DNA from: Catajapyx aquilonaris
Taxonomy: Eukaryota
Reading direction: 5' to 3'
Assembly: GCA_000934665.2 (NCBI GenBank)
Contig: JYFJ02000128.1
Location: 62,001 to 126,000, forward strand
DNA length: 64,000 bases
Shown here: positions 14,019-26,400 of the stretch, in pieces
Layout of the letters: the number at the start of each line of letters is the position of its first letter
How positions within the stretch are numbered: position 1 is the stretch's first letter
Notes under the pieces: generated by a model
Told to the model about the DNA's origin: nothing
What the model saw: the letters and a program-made list of their open reading frames with translations, nothing else
Database searches by the model: none
Made by a program: the position numbers and the translations under genes

Positions 14019-15046
14019 CTGCACCCATATATATGTACACACACACATACACATAGGTTTACATAGCACAATCATACAAGTATGCAAATAGAGCTGTGAG
14101 GATGTGGTACTGACAGGTGTGGTATTGTTGGACTGAATGGTGTGGTAAAATTAAGAAGGATCCCACATGATATCATAAAAGTCTTTCTCAATGATGCCAA
14201 TTTTTCTATCTACATGCCTTGGCATTTGTGCCTTACAATATTGTTATGCAGAGGCATTAAATAATAATCTTAACATGAATTGAGAGTAAATGTTTGCCTT
14301 AAGCATGGAAAATTCAGGCCTACAACATTTTACACCTTAACTTTAATATCAAAGAAGTTTATTTCAATACTTCAAAGAAATTCAGGTTATGTTACATTTT
14401 GCTTTAATAGTTATAAATTCTTAAAACAAAGGTTGATTTCTTTCATGATATCATAAGGATACAAGTTAGAGTCCATGAATATTTGGCATAAACCAAACAT
14501 TCACTGCATAAGCTATAACAATGGACAAACCCATGTGTTTGCAGGTGCGAAAGATGTAAAAGCCAAGATAACAAAATTAAATGATGCTAAATAAATTATT
14601 TCTTTCAGCTGGTGCGACCAACTCACGAAATGTGGAAGAGAAAATGATTAATATTCAGCAATCTATGAGTTTGCAACATAACGTACACAGTAGCCATCGT
14701 GCATGGACAATACAATGCATTGTGCATTTATATGCAGCAACATTAATCCCAAATATAAGCCACCGGATGTAATGCTTTACTATCGCTCAGTTATAACGTA
14801 AACATAATGCAAAATTATTCAACCGAAACAAAGAGAACAGTAGATAAACATTGCTTTCAAATAAGAGGAACATACTAGCAATGAAACCATGTTAGTCCTA
14901 CATGTGTCAAGAGGCTGGAACCACTTACTTGACAAGAGTACGTGTCTCAGGTGTACTGAAGTACGGTATGCTAACTGACAGTTAATGTCATACCTCTTTC
15001 AACCTGCAGTTTTTCCGTTCGTACCCACTTTTCTGACACCACTCAC

Positions 15047-15213
15047 CTTCGAGTGGCCGGAATTGAAAGCCATCTCTGCTGAGTGGAATTCCTTGCAGGG
15101 CGCCATGTGAGACCTGATTCCACAGCACTGATCGAAGTGCTGCTTCATTGTCGAACCCTTGTGAGCCCAGATCGAATGTCACAAGGGAGAAGAACTGATC
15201 TTGTGTTTGCCGC
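15047..15213 (-). CDS. trol: Perlecan exon 4: SEA domain, second half (RQTQDQFFSLVTFDLGS...GIPLSRDGFQFRPLE)
   Basis: Acceptor ctttcttggcag|G after a 71-nt intron, donor AAG|GTGAGT, phase 2 to phase 1. The GFQFRPL ending resembles the end of the perlecan SEA domain. Confidence 0.85.
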
Positions 15214-15284
15214 CTGCCAAGAAAGGAACGCCAGTTAATTATTTCGCCCACAAACCACCAATTAGCAGAGAGAGTGATATTTAC

Positions 15285-15447
15285 TCAAATCGAAGAACGG
15301 TGATTGTTTGTTGTCCGGGTAATCCTTGGTAGAGAGACTCCAAATCACGAGTAAGTTGCATGGAAGTTTCACGAAACTCGAATGAGTCTCGTTGAGCCAG
15401 GGCAGCAGTGAAGGGATATTGGATAGACAGCGTACATCGGAAGAACA
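15285..15447 (-). CDS. trol: Perlecan exon 3: SEA domain, first half (VFFRCTLSIQYPFTAALAQRDSFEFRETSMQL...TVLRFE)
   Basis: Acceptor ttcatttcag|TG, donor GA|GTAAAT, phase 1 to phase 2. Shows a SEA-like pattern (F..L....S.EF......L...L..LY). Confidence 0.85.
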
Positions 15448-17166
15448 CTGAAATGAACGATTCAGTATTAGAACAATTATATTGGTACCTCCATACCCAC
15501 CTCACTTAGAACTGTGAGATATTGACTCTCAGATTTTTTTTTTAGAGCCGACCATATAAATAATGCAGAGGAACTTGAAAAAAAAAGGTTTACAATTTTA
15601 ACTTCACGGAACTTCACATCTTCACAACACAGTGAGAGTGAGCAATGCAGTGAGCTGTAACATGCCAAATGAAGTGAATTACTGCTTAACTATATATACT
15701 CCCTGGATAAATTAACCATTCTGTTGGAGTCGCAAGGAGTTTTGGTAGCCCACTGGCAGCAGAAAGACCTCCTGCAGTTACTCAATTTCCGTCCCTCACA
15801 AGTTCGTGTAGTTATAATGAGAAGAATGTTAGATTTACATCAAGCCACTTTCATGCTAAAGTTACGTACTTCATTTCAAAAAAGCTATGAAATATTAATT
15901 TCTGTGCATTAATTAAAACCTGTCTGTACTTAAGCTATTTTGCAGGAAAAAATTAATTGGACTTAAATGGATATTAAATGAATGGGTTCATAATATTGGA
16001 GAATGGCATGGCGTGCTGGATCACAAATGTGTTATTTGCAAGATGTAACAATCATATAACAATTATTTACAGTACTGTTTCAAATGTACGCAGAAATGTG
16101 CGGCCAGGGTTTTGAGGAGACTTTTCCTTCCTGTGTTACAGCATAGTCTCCCTGTACATCAAAACTACTGCCGCTTCTTCATCAACTAAACTCATTTCAA
16201 TAGTGCTGAAATGTAGGCTATGTGCCCCGCTAATGTAATTAGCGCGTAATTAATTTAACTAGCTCCCTCACACACATGCGTAAAGTTTATGCCACCGAAA
16301 AAGCAGGACGTGTGAAACATCTCTATGCCACACAACGCTGCCACCTCTTAAGTACGCATACGGCACCTTTTTAAATGCCAGATCGAGTGAAAAGTCACAG
16401 ATACCAATCAAAACGACTTTCTACCACTAACTTTTGAAACAACAACAACAAGAAACGTCCAGTTGTGTATCAGAGATGTTATGAATGTACGTGTCATGTG
16501 TAGAACTTACCTAAAAAGTTAATCAATTTCATCGGAAACAATCTGTATACTTATGTGGAGATAAAATGTGCAGTAGCTTATTATAATTTACAAAAAAAAA
16601 CACGGCATAACAGGTAAAAAGCTTAAGCAAATAGTGAATTCAAATTGAAAAGTGAAAATGAGGAACCTTCGGTAGGGGCGGAGTTGCATAACACCCATGT
16701 TTGTGAACAGAAAATACGATACTATTAGCCAAATTAATTACGCAACAATTCTTAGAACCCGCCTCCTTACCAAACATCCAGGCCGATCTCCTCCCAATTA
16801 ATTGCATGATAGTTCATATGCACCATTATTGTGAAAGTTGTTTATCCCAAAATCACGCAACGAAGGTCAAGGTAAAATAACTACTATTAGGCTGCTTGAA
16901 TTGGTCATATTGATAAAAACGTACAGCCCTCGTCTGAACATCAATGATTATGTATCCATGTGGCAACTTGTTGCATGTGTACGTACTTAATTCATTTAAT
17001 ATACCATAATGTGCTGGCTACAGTCCAGAGACATGTCTTATTCAGCCAGAAAAGACAAGCTTTTAATATTGTTTGTTGCATTGTTGACAACCCATGTTTC
17101 CCAGTGCTCTTATATATACGAATATACACATTATGTGTCTCCACTTCACAACAAGATTGGGCTCAC

Positions 17167-17653
17167 CTGGCTTTCCAGACGGTCTGGGCTCATCCGTGAT
17201 GTGTGGACCAATACCCGACCCTTCGTGGAACGACGATCCATTTTCATCCTCGTCGTCAATGGGCGTGTCTGACTTGCGGCCATCGACTTGTCTGGTGGTC
17301 CTGTACTCCGCAGGGGTCGTCTGCTTCTCAAACTCTACCTCTTCCGACGCCTCCTCTTGTCCAAACGGCCTGGGAGCAGCAGTGGTTGTGGTTGTAGTGG
17401 TACTCTCTGTGGTGCTATCTTCACCTCCCCAAGGAAACCAATTCCACTGCCTCTTTGGTCGCTCCACATTCTTTGGCTTCTCCTGATGACTAATGACAGA
17501 AGAGACGTTCTGCAACGACGTCGCTTCTGGGCTGGACACTGGGACCGCCTCGTCTTGGTCCGGTCTGGACCATCGGGACAGCCTGTTCCTCCTCAGTCCG
17601 TGGGAAAAGTGACCATCGGACTCCTCGTCGAATATTAGGTCGTTGTTGTCACT
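17167..17653 (-). CDS. trol: Perlecan exon 2: N-terminal low-complexity region (SDNNDLIFDEES...RPKR...poly-Thr...DDEDENGSSFHEGSG...GKP)
   Basis: Acceptor ttcattacag|AGT, donor CCAG|GTGAGC, 487 nt open, phase 0 to phase 1. Lies inside the 202-aa ORF 17063..17671. Confidence 0.88.
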
Positions 17654-20358
17654 CTGTAATGAACATGGCACAAATTAGAGGATGGTGTGATATAGCTGAA
17701 AGGGATGGAAATTAATCCGGCACAAAAGCGGTGTTGGCAGCTCCATGGTGGAGGCTGGGGCATTGTTTTCGTTTCCTCAGCCATTAAGTGGTTTTACTAA
17801 GAGATACTAAGCCAACACTGCAAGTTCCTTCATCATCCCCCAGCTCGGATTCACAACGCTGCCTTTGTCCTGTTTCTCCATTAGGACGAATCAACTCTTT
17901 TGTTCGCTATGCCGGGTAGCTCTACACAAGGAGAACTCAATGTTACAATGGGAAGGAGGCAGAAAAACTGGGTAGAATCAATCGTTGTATACGACAAGTC
18001 ATTAGTCGCTGGGGAAGCCAACTGCCTCAAATTTGCAGTTTTGTTATTACCCTAAAAATAGACAAAATATATAGTTCACGCAAAACATTTCCAGAAATAT
18101 GAAACAGCAAGAGCCAAAGTCATGCAGAGCAGAGAAATGGTTTAATAGTCATTGAGTCAAAAATCTGTCGAAATATTCTTTACAATATCCCGGAAGATGG
18201 AATGTATGATGCTTTTATGACCAAATTCACTTTCATGCAATTTATTGCCTATGACTTCATTCCATGTTTATTGGGTAACCATATTGTCCAATTTTTCCAA
18301 ACAACACAATGAACCTAGCGTGTCAGGATTCCACATTATGCCACATGTTTCGATAATGATGTAGTACATCTGCTAACATGTTCCACATTAGCGTTCAATA
18401 CCCCTGGTAATAACCCCAACATAATTCAGTTTCAATAGGCCCCACTTCAAAATTACCAGTCATAAATTGTTAAAAAGCCATCGCGTTAGAAGAAACTTGA
18501 CAAAAAAATAAGACGTGCAAGTTTTATCACCAGTCGATATCATTCTGGTCCTCCCCTCCAAAAAAAAACAGTGTCCCACAAAAGCAGAGAACGTGACAAA
18601 AGTGTGCTAGACGGCCGGTGATGTGTAATATTGGTCTACCGGAAGGAGTGGGCTTTTATAGCGTTTTCTGGCGGAGATGGCAGCCGGCATGCAGACAGGG
18701 GAGAGCCTGTCGACATGGGTGGGGTGTTTTCCATTTCTCTTCAATTCGCTTTTTCGCGAACAGGACAATACCGTGCCAAGGACAGTCATTTACAATGCTA
18801 AGAGACTCGCTCGAGCAGCGAGAGAGGGGAGCGGGAGACGAAGATGAGAGAGAAAAAGAGAAACAACAAATAAACGCTATCATTTCCGGCGAGACGATGA
18901 ATATTTGCGAATTTCCGAGGTGACCATGAAAGAACGGGAGCAAATATTGAGCACGCTGAACAGTGTTTGATTCGGTCTAGGTCGAATTCTAAAACCAGAA
19001 ATTCAACCCAACTTGATGGTCCACGATATTTATTACATTTTCAGGTGATTTTCTCTCTCTGAATGTTCAGGTTGACATTGGCCTGATTGTGTGTGCATTA
19101 CAGTTATTCTTTACTCAGGCCCGGTTGTATGAACAAAATTATGAGAAAATGTACAATATTATGTGCTGTCAATATGCATATGCCTTTAATTTGAATTTTG
19201 TAAATTGAATGAATTTCAGTTCTGAACAAATATGTGTCAGATTCTCAATTTATTCCTAAAACAAGCAATTTAATTAAATATATTATTTGACTACATATAT
19301 TTTGAAGCACATAAATACGAAACTTCTGCATAACTGCCCATCAATAATTTTATTAATTACACAATTTTGAAATCAAATATCACTGTAATCGGGTATAGCA
19401 TGACAACCTCAGTCTGGCATTAATAAAAGTACAATACCTGACCAGTTTTTCAAAAATACTTCCGCCGAAATCTGTCTTACACTGCGCCGAAAGCTCTCCA
19501 CGAAATAATGCACCAGACTCCAGGTTCAATACGCTACATCTGTGACAGGGTCAGCCCAAAAGTAGTATGTTCGGTTAACCGAGTCGGAAAATGCGGCTCC
19601 GAGAAAAGATACAAAAAAAGCCTAAATCCAACAAAGTGGGGGCTTAAAAAGTCGATAACTTTTTTTTGGCCTCCCTTTTTTTGTGTACTCCGTAGTGTTA
19701 GAGTATATATCGGTGTCGGTGCTTTTGGGTGCCACTACTGGCCTCACGCGTCTCCGGATGCTGCAGATTCCAACCCGAATATTCCTGAGAGGAGAGCTAG
19801 GTCTGCGTGCTGGAATCCAAAATTCTCAAGAGGCTTTTCCTTGCATCTTCAAGTTCCCCTCAACCTCCCTCGTCCCGTTTGGTAAACCAAAGGAAAAGAA
19901 TAAGCATCCTATTCCTGTCGATGATAACACCATATTTGTGATTCATGGAGGTCACGTCTACCACAGAAAAAAATGCTGCTGTTATGTATTCTAGTGCTGA
20001 CACGACTCTCACTCCACTTATTTTTAATCCCACTCGTCACCTGATTATGCGCTTTGACAACGGATGACTCAACGTCGTCCTCAATTGACATATAGCTACA
20101 ACAATTTTTCCAGGCGGGTTATGTCACTACTGAAAATATTATGCACGAGTACACTCAGCTGGTGATTGACAAGATCAGACTGGCGCGGAAGGAGAGGCCA
20201 TGAAATTAAATTATATTTATGTAATTACGATACAATATACAAAATAAGAAGTACATATAAGAATATTATTGCATTGAAATGTACCAGCGTGAATATTTTT
20301 CTACGTATTTACTTTTTAAATATCTGAAATTTACATCAACAATCATTATTACTGGATG

Positions 20359-20443
20359 GAATTTTTGTCCCACTGCTAGTTACTGCTAACTTAGTAGTAC
20401 CAGTGTTGGCAATACTGTTAAATTAGCAGTGGGACGAAAATTC
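20359..20443. repeat. Inverted repeat/hairpin with 20-bp arms (19/20 match)
   Basis: gaatttttgtcccactgcta (20359-20378) pairs with tagcagtgggacgaaaattc (20424-20443), and the spacer contains nested near-palindromes. Confidence 0.85.
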
Positions 20444-23400
20444 GACCCCTAGTTTTCATACTTTCGAGTTGCTTTCACCAACCACTGAGGTTGCACTATA
20501 ATTTACTAACGGCCAAACTTTCTGTGCAATTAGGCACACAATATACGTGGGTACGGCCATGTTTGGTCCAGATCACTTAATTTCAGCTGACATCGCCACA
20601 AGCGACATGTGAATGGCAAAGTTATGAGCTATAACTTAAAATATATTAGTGTACGTTGGAGGATCAAGCGAATTGCCCTTCAGGAACTGACAATGAAGAG
20701 CCCTAGTGCTGGAGTCAGGATAAGGAACTCTTGGGAACTTGCAAGTGGTGAAGACTGTTGCAAATTGACGAAGTTTGCAGCGTTGGTGGTGGTGGTGGTG
20801 TGGAGGACTTCTGGCAAACGGAAATGGACTGACACAGTCTAGTGGTCTGGTGAAGTGACTAACCCCCACTCAATTTTGGCACTGCATGAAAATACTGTCG
20901 ACGACCCCGATTTTCCACCGCCTGGGAGGCATGCGGCGAAAGGAAGGAAACCGCCGAAAGAGAGAGAGAGAGAAAAAAAATCATTCGTCGAAAATGAAAT
21001 AGAAGAAGGTCGTTTGGTATATGGGCCTCAGATGAAAAGCGTGTTTTCCTGCTCCTCTCCCCAATTCCTTCCCTACTCGTGTCAACAAACCAAAGGGGCC
21101 TCGGCTCCTTTTTCTCTCAATTCCCCTTGCCCCGCTTCCTTTAAGGACTTTGATTGCTTACCTCTTCAGCAGCCCACAAGGAAGCTCATCTCTCTCGTCT
21201 TGTCTTTTGGAAACCGATGGTAAAGGATGAGGAAATTGGGGAGGCCCACCCTCGTTTTGATTGCTTACAGCTATTTGTTACGTGTGCCGCATCCGCATCA
21301 CTGATTGGCATAATTGGATTTGAACCCACTCTTGTTTGTCCTGTACGGTTCCACATATCTTTCAGCATGATGCCTATGTTTTCTTTTAAATAACCAAAAC
21401 TGATAAATGCGGTAGGTAAACATTATAAAATGGCTATGACATTGTCAACATATTCCAATATAATAGCTAAAAATAGGTTTGAAAATTCATAAAAGCTAAT
21501 GATTGCCATTATTCGGCAAATCCTAAGACTGTCTGAATTATGCCGAATAGTCGTGGGCAAATTCCACTCTGGGGGAAGTCTAGACGCCATTAGTTTATCA
21601 TGAAGAGCAATTTCGCAGGCCTAAGGCAATGCAAGTAGCCATAACTTCCGCTTCACAGTAGCTCTCTTTGTGGCTGGGTGTCTGCCGTTTGTTATTGCTG
21701 CGCTCTTTTTTGGGGTTGTGTTTTACTAAACCGTTTGCAACAAGCTATGGGCAAGTAACCACCCAACAAGCGGAAAGGATGACGCCGCATTTCGGTTCCT
21801 TTTTGCCCCAGTGGTGATGTGAAAAGAAGAGTCTTTTCAATGACCCAAAACATCAATCGGTTCCGGCTCTAGAGATGTTGTCATGGCGAAAAAAATAGTG
21901 CCACGTGGACAATAGGCGCGTTTAAAAAATGCTTTCTATGCGTTGGGTGGGCCAGAAGATGACGTCGGCACAACCCAAATATTCCCTTTCGCGCAACCCT
22001 GAATTGCTAATAACATTCGCATACAAACACTTGCTTGGTTGGCTATTGAAACAAGGGCCGTGTTGTGCTTTTAGTCACGAGCAAACGAAGGCCAAAACCG
22101 CTTTGAAACGAGTGTTAATTAATATCTCTGAATCGCTCCAAATTGAGCTATTTTTTGTAGTTAAAGGTTTGCTTCGGGGCGACATCATTAACAGCTTGGG
22201 TGTTAATGATACGTCCTGGCTACGTCACATTGGGTCATTTTGCCTGCTCTAGGAACAGAAGAGCCCATTCATATACTGCATAGGATGCACCAATCTTAAT
22301 AAGGACATCCACCATGCATTATAACTGGACAGGCATTACATCATCAAGTTGTCACAAGTAATTGCGGTACAAATCCACGACGTTATCATCTTCTGAAAAT
22401 TACCTTTAATGGTTGCCGGTTCCCCTGCATTTTCGCTGCCTTGTTAACCCACAGATATTCGCAATCAGACGGAGCTGTCAGGTTAATTGCTCCAATGGAG
22501 GGGTTTTTAAATGTTATATTTGAATTGGCCGTGAGAAAGTTACCTGTACGTTTTCCCACACCACTTACCTGATGTAGATATATTCTGTTTGGTTCAAGGG
22601 TGCTCGTAAATTTTTCAAAAAAATTACCATGGTATACAGGGTGGTCTAACATAAAATATGCTGTTGTCATGTTAGGTTACTTGTATTACTTTGTTGTCGA
22701 ACCAAACTGTGAATCATTTAAAAAAAAATCAACGTAGGTGACACGGTGTAGAGAATACAAGTTACATTCGCAGTACCGAGCTAAATTGGGCAATTACGAG
22801 ATCAACCTGACTCATTCCGTCTGGAGCAAGTTGACGACCCCAATGACCCCATCCATCCACAAAGGTTGGAAAATTACGACCGCCTGATGCCTGGTGGCAG
22901 AAAATATATTCACCAATGACGTCATCGAGTCCTAGTATACGGCTTATGCCAGGATGATTGAAGAGGCGTGACCTCAAATACTATTCCCGGATCCAGTTTT
23001 AGACCTGGCAATGAAACAATGTGGCTTGCATTGTACAATTTGAACCACAATGTGACTATGATCGTTCCGCATTTCAGGCCGTACATTTTCCAACCGTCCG
23101 TCCAATGACCCACCAAATGCTTTCAACTAAATGACCTGGTCGAAAACCCAGTACTAATTGCCATAAAAAATTACGAAAAGAGCAAGCCCTGTTGTTAATT
23201 TTTAAACCACATGCAATATTTTTGGCTGGAACTACAAACCATTTATCGCATTTTCAATATTCCCAGTGGTTCCTCTGCAAACCGCACACCCGCTGGCGAC
23301 ACCACCTACATTTTTAATTTTACACTTTTACAAAAAAAAAAAAATGACTACTGCCCCGAGTCATATCATTCACATCATTCTTGTGGGCTCTCCAACCCGT

Positions 23401-26400
23401 TTTTCCGCAAACGAATTGTTTTGCAGACATGCCTTAGCGCCTTGGCTTGTCGTTCAAGAGGTCTCAAGGAGGCTGGTGAGATGGGTTTTCAGAAGAGATT
23501 TTTGGCCTGGATTCAAGCAGGGAAAGGACCACAATGTAAACTCGGTTCATCAGTTGTTATCGGGGCTCTTGACACACTGTGGACGAACAGAGAGATCCGA
23601 CTGATACCAATGTGCCGAATGGGGAAAGAGTCATTCGCCAAAAATGACACAAGGAGGTCGACGCTAGATGATGAATTCTGTTTACAGATAGACGCTATTA
23701 TTGCAACGCTCCCCCAAAAAAACGGTGCAAGTCTGCAAAATTCTGTACAGTACCGGCCACGCCCTTCGCAACAAGTTTGCGAGCCTACAGAAATGCACTC
23801 AAGGTCCATTTGGCCAATGACAGGCGGATGTTCAAAATAATATACAAGTGCCAGCCTTAGGGCATCAGTACAAACGGAAAAAAACATGCCGCCTCCATTG
23901 GAATGACACACAAGACTCAGCGAGTGGCAATTCAGCAAGAGAAAACTTACCAGCAGGTGAGAAGAGAAGCCGTTCGCACTTTGCAAAAAAAGAAATAAGC
24001 AGGGGTCGGCTGCCTTCAAATCTTGGAACCAGTTTCGTCATGCTCATTTTAGGCCTTATCTATAACTCTTGGAGACGACCGGAGTCTGGGGTCAGTAATA
24101 TCTCTGATGCATCAGGATTTCCAGCATCCCGTTATGGAAGTAGCGGTGACTGGTTGTAAAAGAGCAGCTTGCGAATGGTTAAAAAAATGTAATTGACAGG
24201 TATGTCTAAAAATTATGTATGTGAGAATGGTAATGGCGGTATATTACATATGATATAAGTACCACGCATAAGCAATACAATTAGGCATAATGGACCATAA
24301 GTAATTGTCAGTGTCTTGATTAACAGTTCTTTTATTTATCGAGTCGTTTTATGTTTAAATCTATATATTTTGGGAAGTTTGTTCGCTATAGAAATGTAGC
24401 GGCTTAAACTAACATACCAAACCTTCAGCATCATTTGATGACCTGAATAGTTTATCCACGTGCCACATCCACACCTCCAACTCAGGTGCATACAATATAC
24501 CAGGCGCGTCTCTTCAATCGCCTCCCTCACATTTCTACTTTATAATTAGACCCAGAGATACACCGCAATCAGACTGACCTCCTCCAGACATTATTCAATG
24601 ACCTATATAACCATTCATATACTGGCACCTCGCCCGGACAGGCTGCCGCAATTCGAGATATTGAGCCCCTGCCTACCCCCCAAGATAAGACCCCGGGAAA
24701 ATCCCCCATACAAACACGCGATTAGGCTGATGCGGTCCAACACTTTAAACAAAGTAGCAATTTTTCCTTCCCCTCAGCCAGATCTAATTTCCGTCAAGTC
24801 ATCACTGCAGGAAGTCCGCCAAAAAAAAAGGCCCAGCCGCAAACCCCTCCTTTGCCACTTAGCAAATTCCTCATGAGTGGTAAGCTATCTTCCTCCGGTT
24901 CACATTACCCCTCGCTCAAACAACTTCCCATAGCCGTTTTCTGGAACGGGGGCTACCATCTCCATCAGCATCCTCCTGCCGAACCTTTCTTATCCTGCTT
25001 TCTCCCCTTGGGGAATCCTAGGGAAAAAAGACGGGAAGCACAAGGAGGCAGGAAGCAGACTTTGGGAACGAAAATTTGGACAGAGGCGTTGAAGAGAGCC
25101 CGTCTCTCGCAATCCCTTCCAGTCATCCATCAAGCCAAAAAATCTCCACCAGTAGGAGACGAAGGTGGGTATAAACTATAGGACCTTTATACAGAGAACT
25201 GGTTGGAATGGGAGAGATAGATCAGTGAGTTTTGCGAGCGAGGAAACTTGGAAAACGGATGCACATATCTCTCAATTTCCGATTACGAGGAGAATTCCGG
25301 TGTATCATTGGCTACTGCTATAGCTAGATACAATAGCTGCAAGGGAGTAATGATTAGTGGTTAGCCTAGTCACGTAATATCCAGACCCATGGATACATTG
25401 TGCAAACGTTGCAACAAAGTTACATTAAGCTTGCAACCGGGTGAATGGATGTAATTCAGAGTCGAAATAGCATTAAGCAAATTTAAACAACTGAACTAAT
25501 TTAACACTAGTGGCAACATTTCCATTCAGTGTTACCAGGAATTGCATGGACTCAAATTATTTTGTGCTTTTAACTCTATCAAAGAATTTTGGATGAAAAT
25601 TTGCAACTAAATTATGAACTCGGGTCTTAAGACAAATGTTGCCATATATTTGAGTTAATATTTAATTCCAACTGACAGAAAGGCTATTTCAAACCTGACT
25701 TATTGAGTCAACGCAAAGGAAAATGGGCTGGCCCCATATACTGCAGGTCTCAGGAGGTTATGCCATTAATATTGAGCAGAAAACCACACAACATAATTTT
25801 AAAACGTGGGCTATTCTCATACTGTATACTGTACAGTCGAGTCGAGGTTAATCGGCTTATGTTATCTCAAAAAGACCTATTTCGAAGTGGGAATGCTTAG
25901 ATAAGAATTGTCGTAATTCCGATACCATGCGCCTACGCTTATTTTTTAATGAAGTGGTGTAGTAATGAAAGGTCATAAATACAGATAGTACATACTATTA
26001 ACACGAGAAAGATTAGTTTTCCTCAATCTCCAGTCGTTTCAGAAACGTACAGTTTTTTTTTTGCCATAACGGGAATATCGCTCTTTGTAGGACTGTCCCA
26101 AAAACACTGACAGCTGTAACTGTGCTTTATGACGCCCATAAACATTTCGACTGCTCATCTCCCTCATGAACGACCAGCAGTTAACTAGTTGGCTTATTTT
26201 TATTTTTACGACCTCAAAACGGACCGAATTGTCGCCAACACCTCATCAGAGGTTGGGTTATTCATGACATCGCAGCTGTGAATTTTCTCACGCACCCTAT
26301 AACCGAAGAATATAGTGTGTTTCATATAAAAACGCAAACAATCGCAAAATATAGCAATGTGATATGTTTCACCCTCACACAGGCTCTGACAATGACTGGA

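Noticed and set aside
14994..15003. Possible 10-nt microexon (cag|GTTGAAAGAG|gtatga) or extended exon 4 donor
   Set aside because: The upstream intron would be only 43 nt, and both options break the phase-1 junction.
17094..17638. Plus-strand ORFs of 130 and 116 aa with a poly-Val stretch
   Set aside because: Antisense shadows of perlecan exon 2.
22563..22585. CAG|GTAAGT as another ratchet point
   Set aside because: It lacks a convincing polypyrimidine tract.
23211..24019. Overlapping 209-aa (+) and 168-aa (-) ORFs
   Set aside because: No recognisable motifs, and they run through poly-A tracts. Probably chance or decayed repeat sequence.
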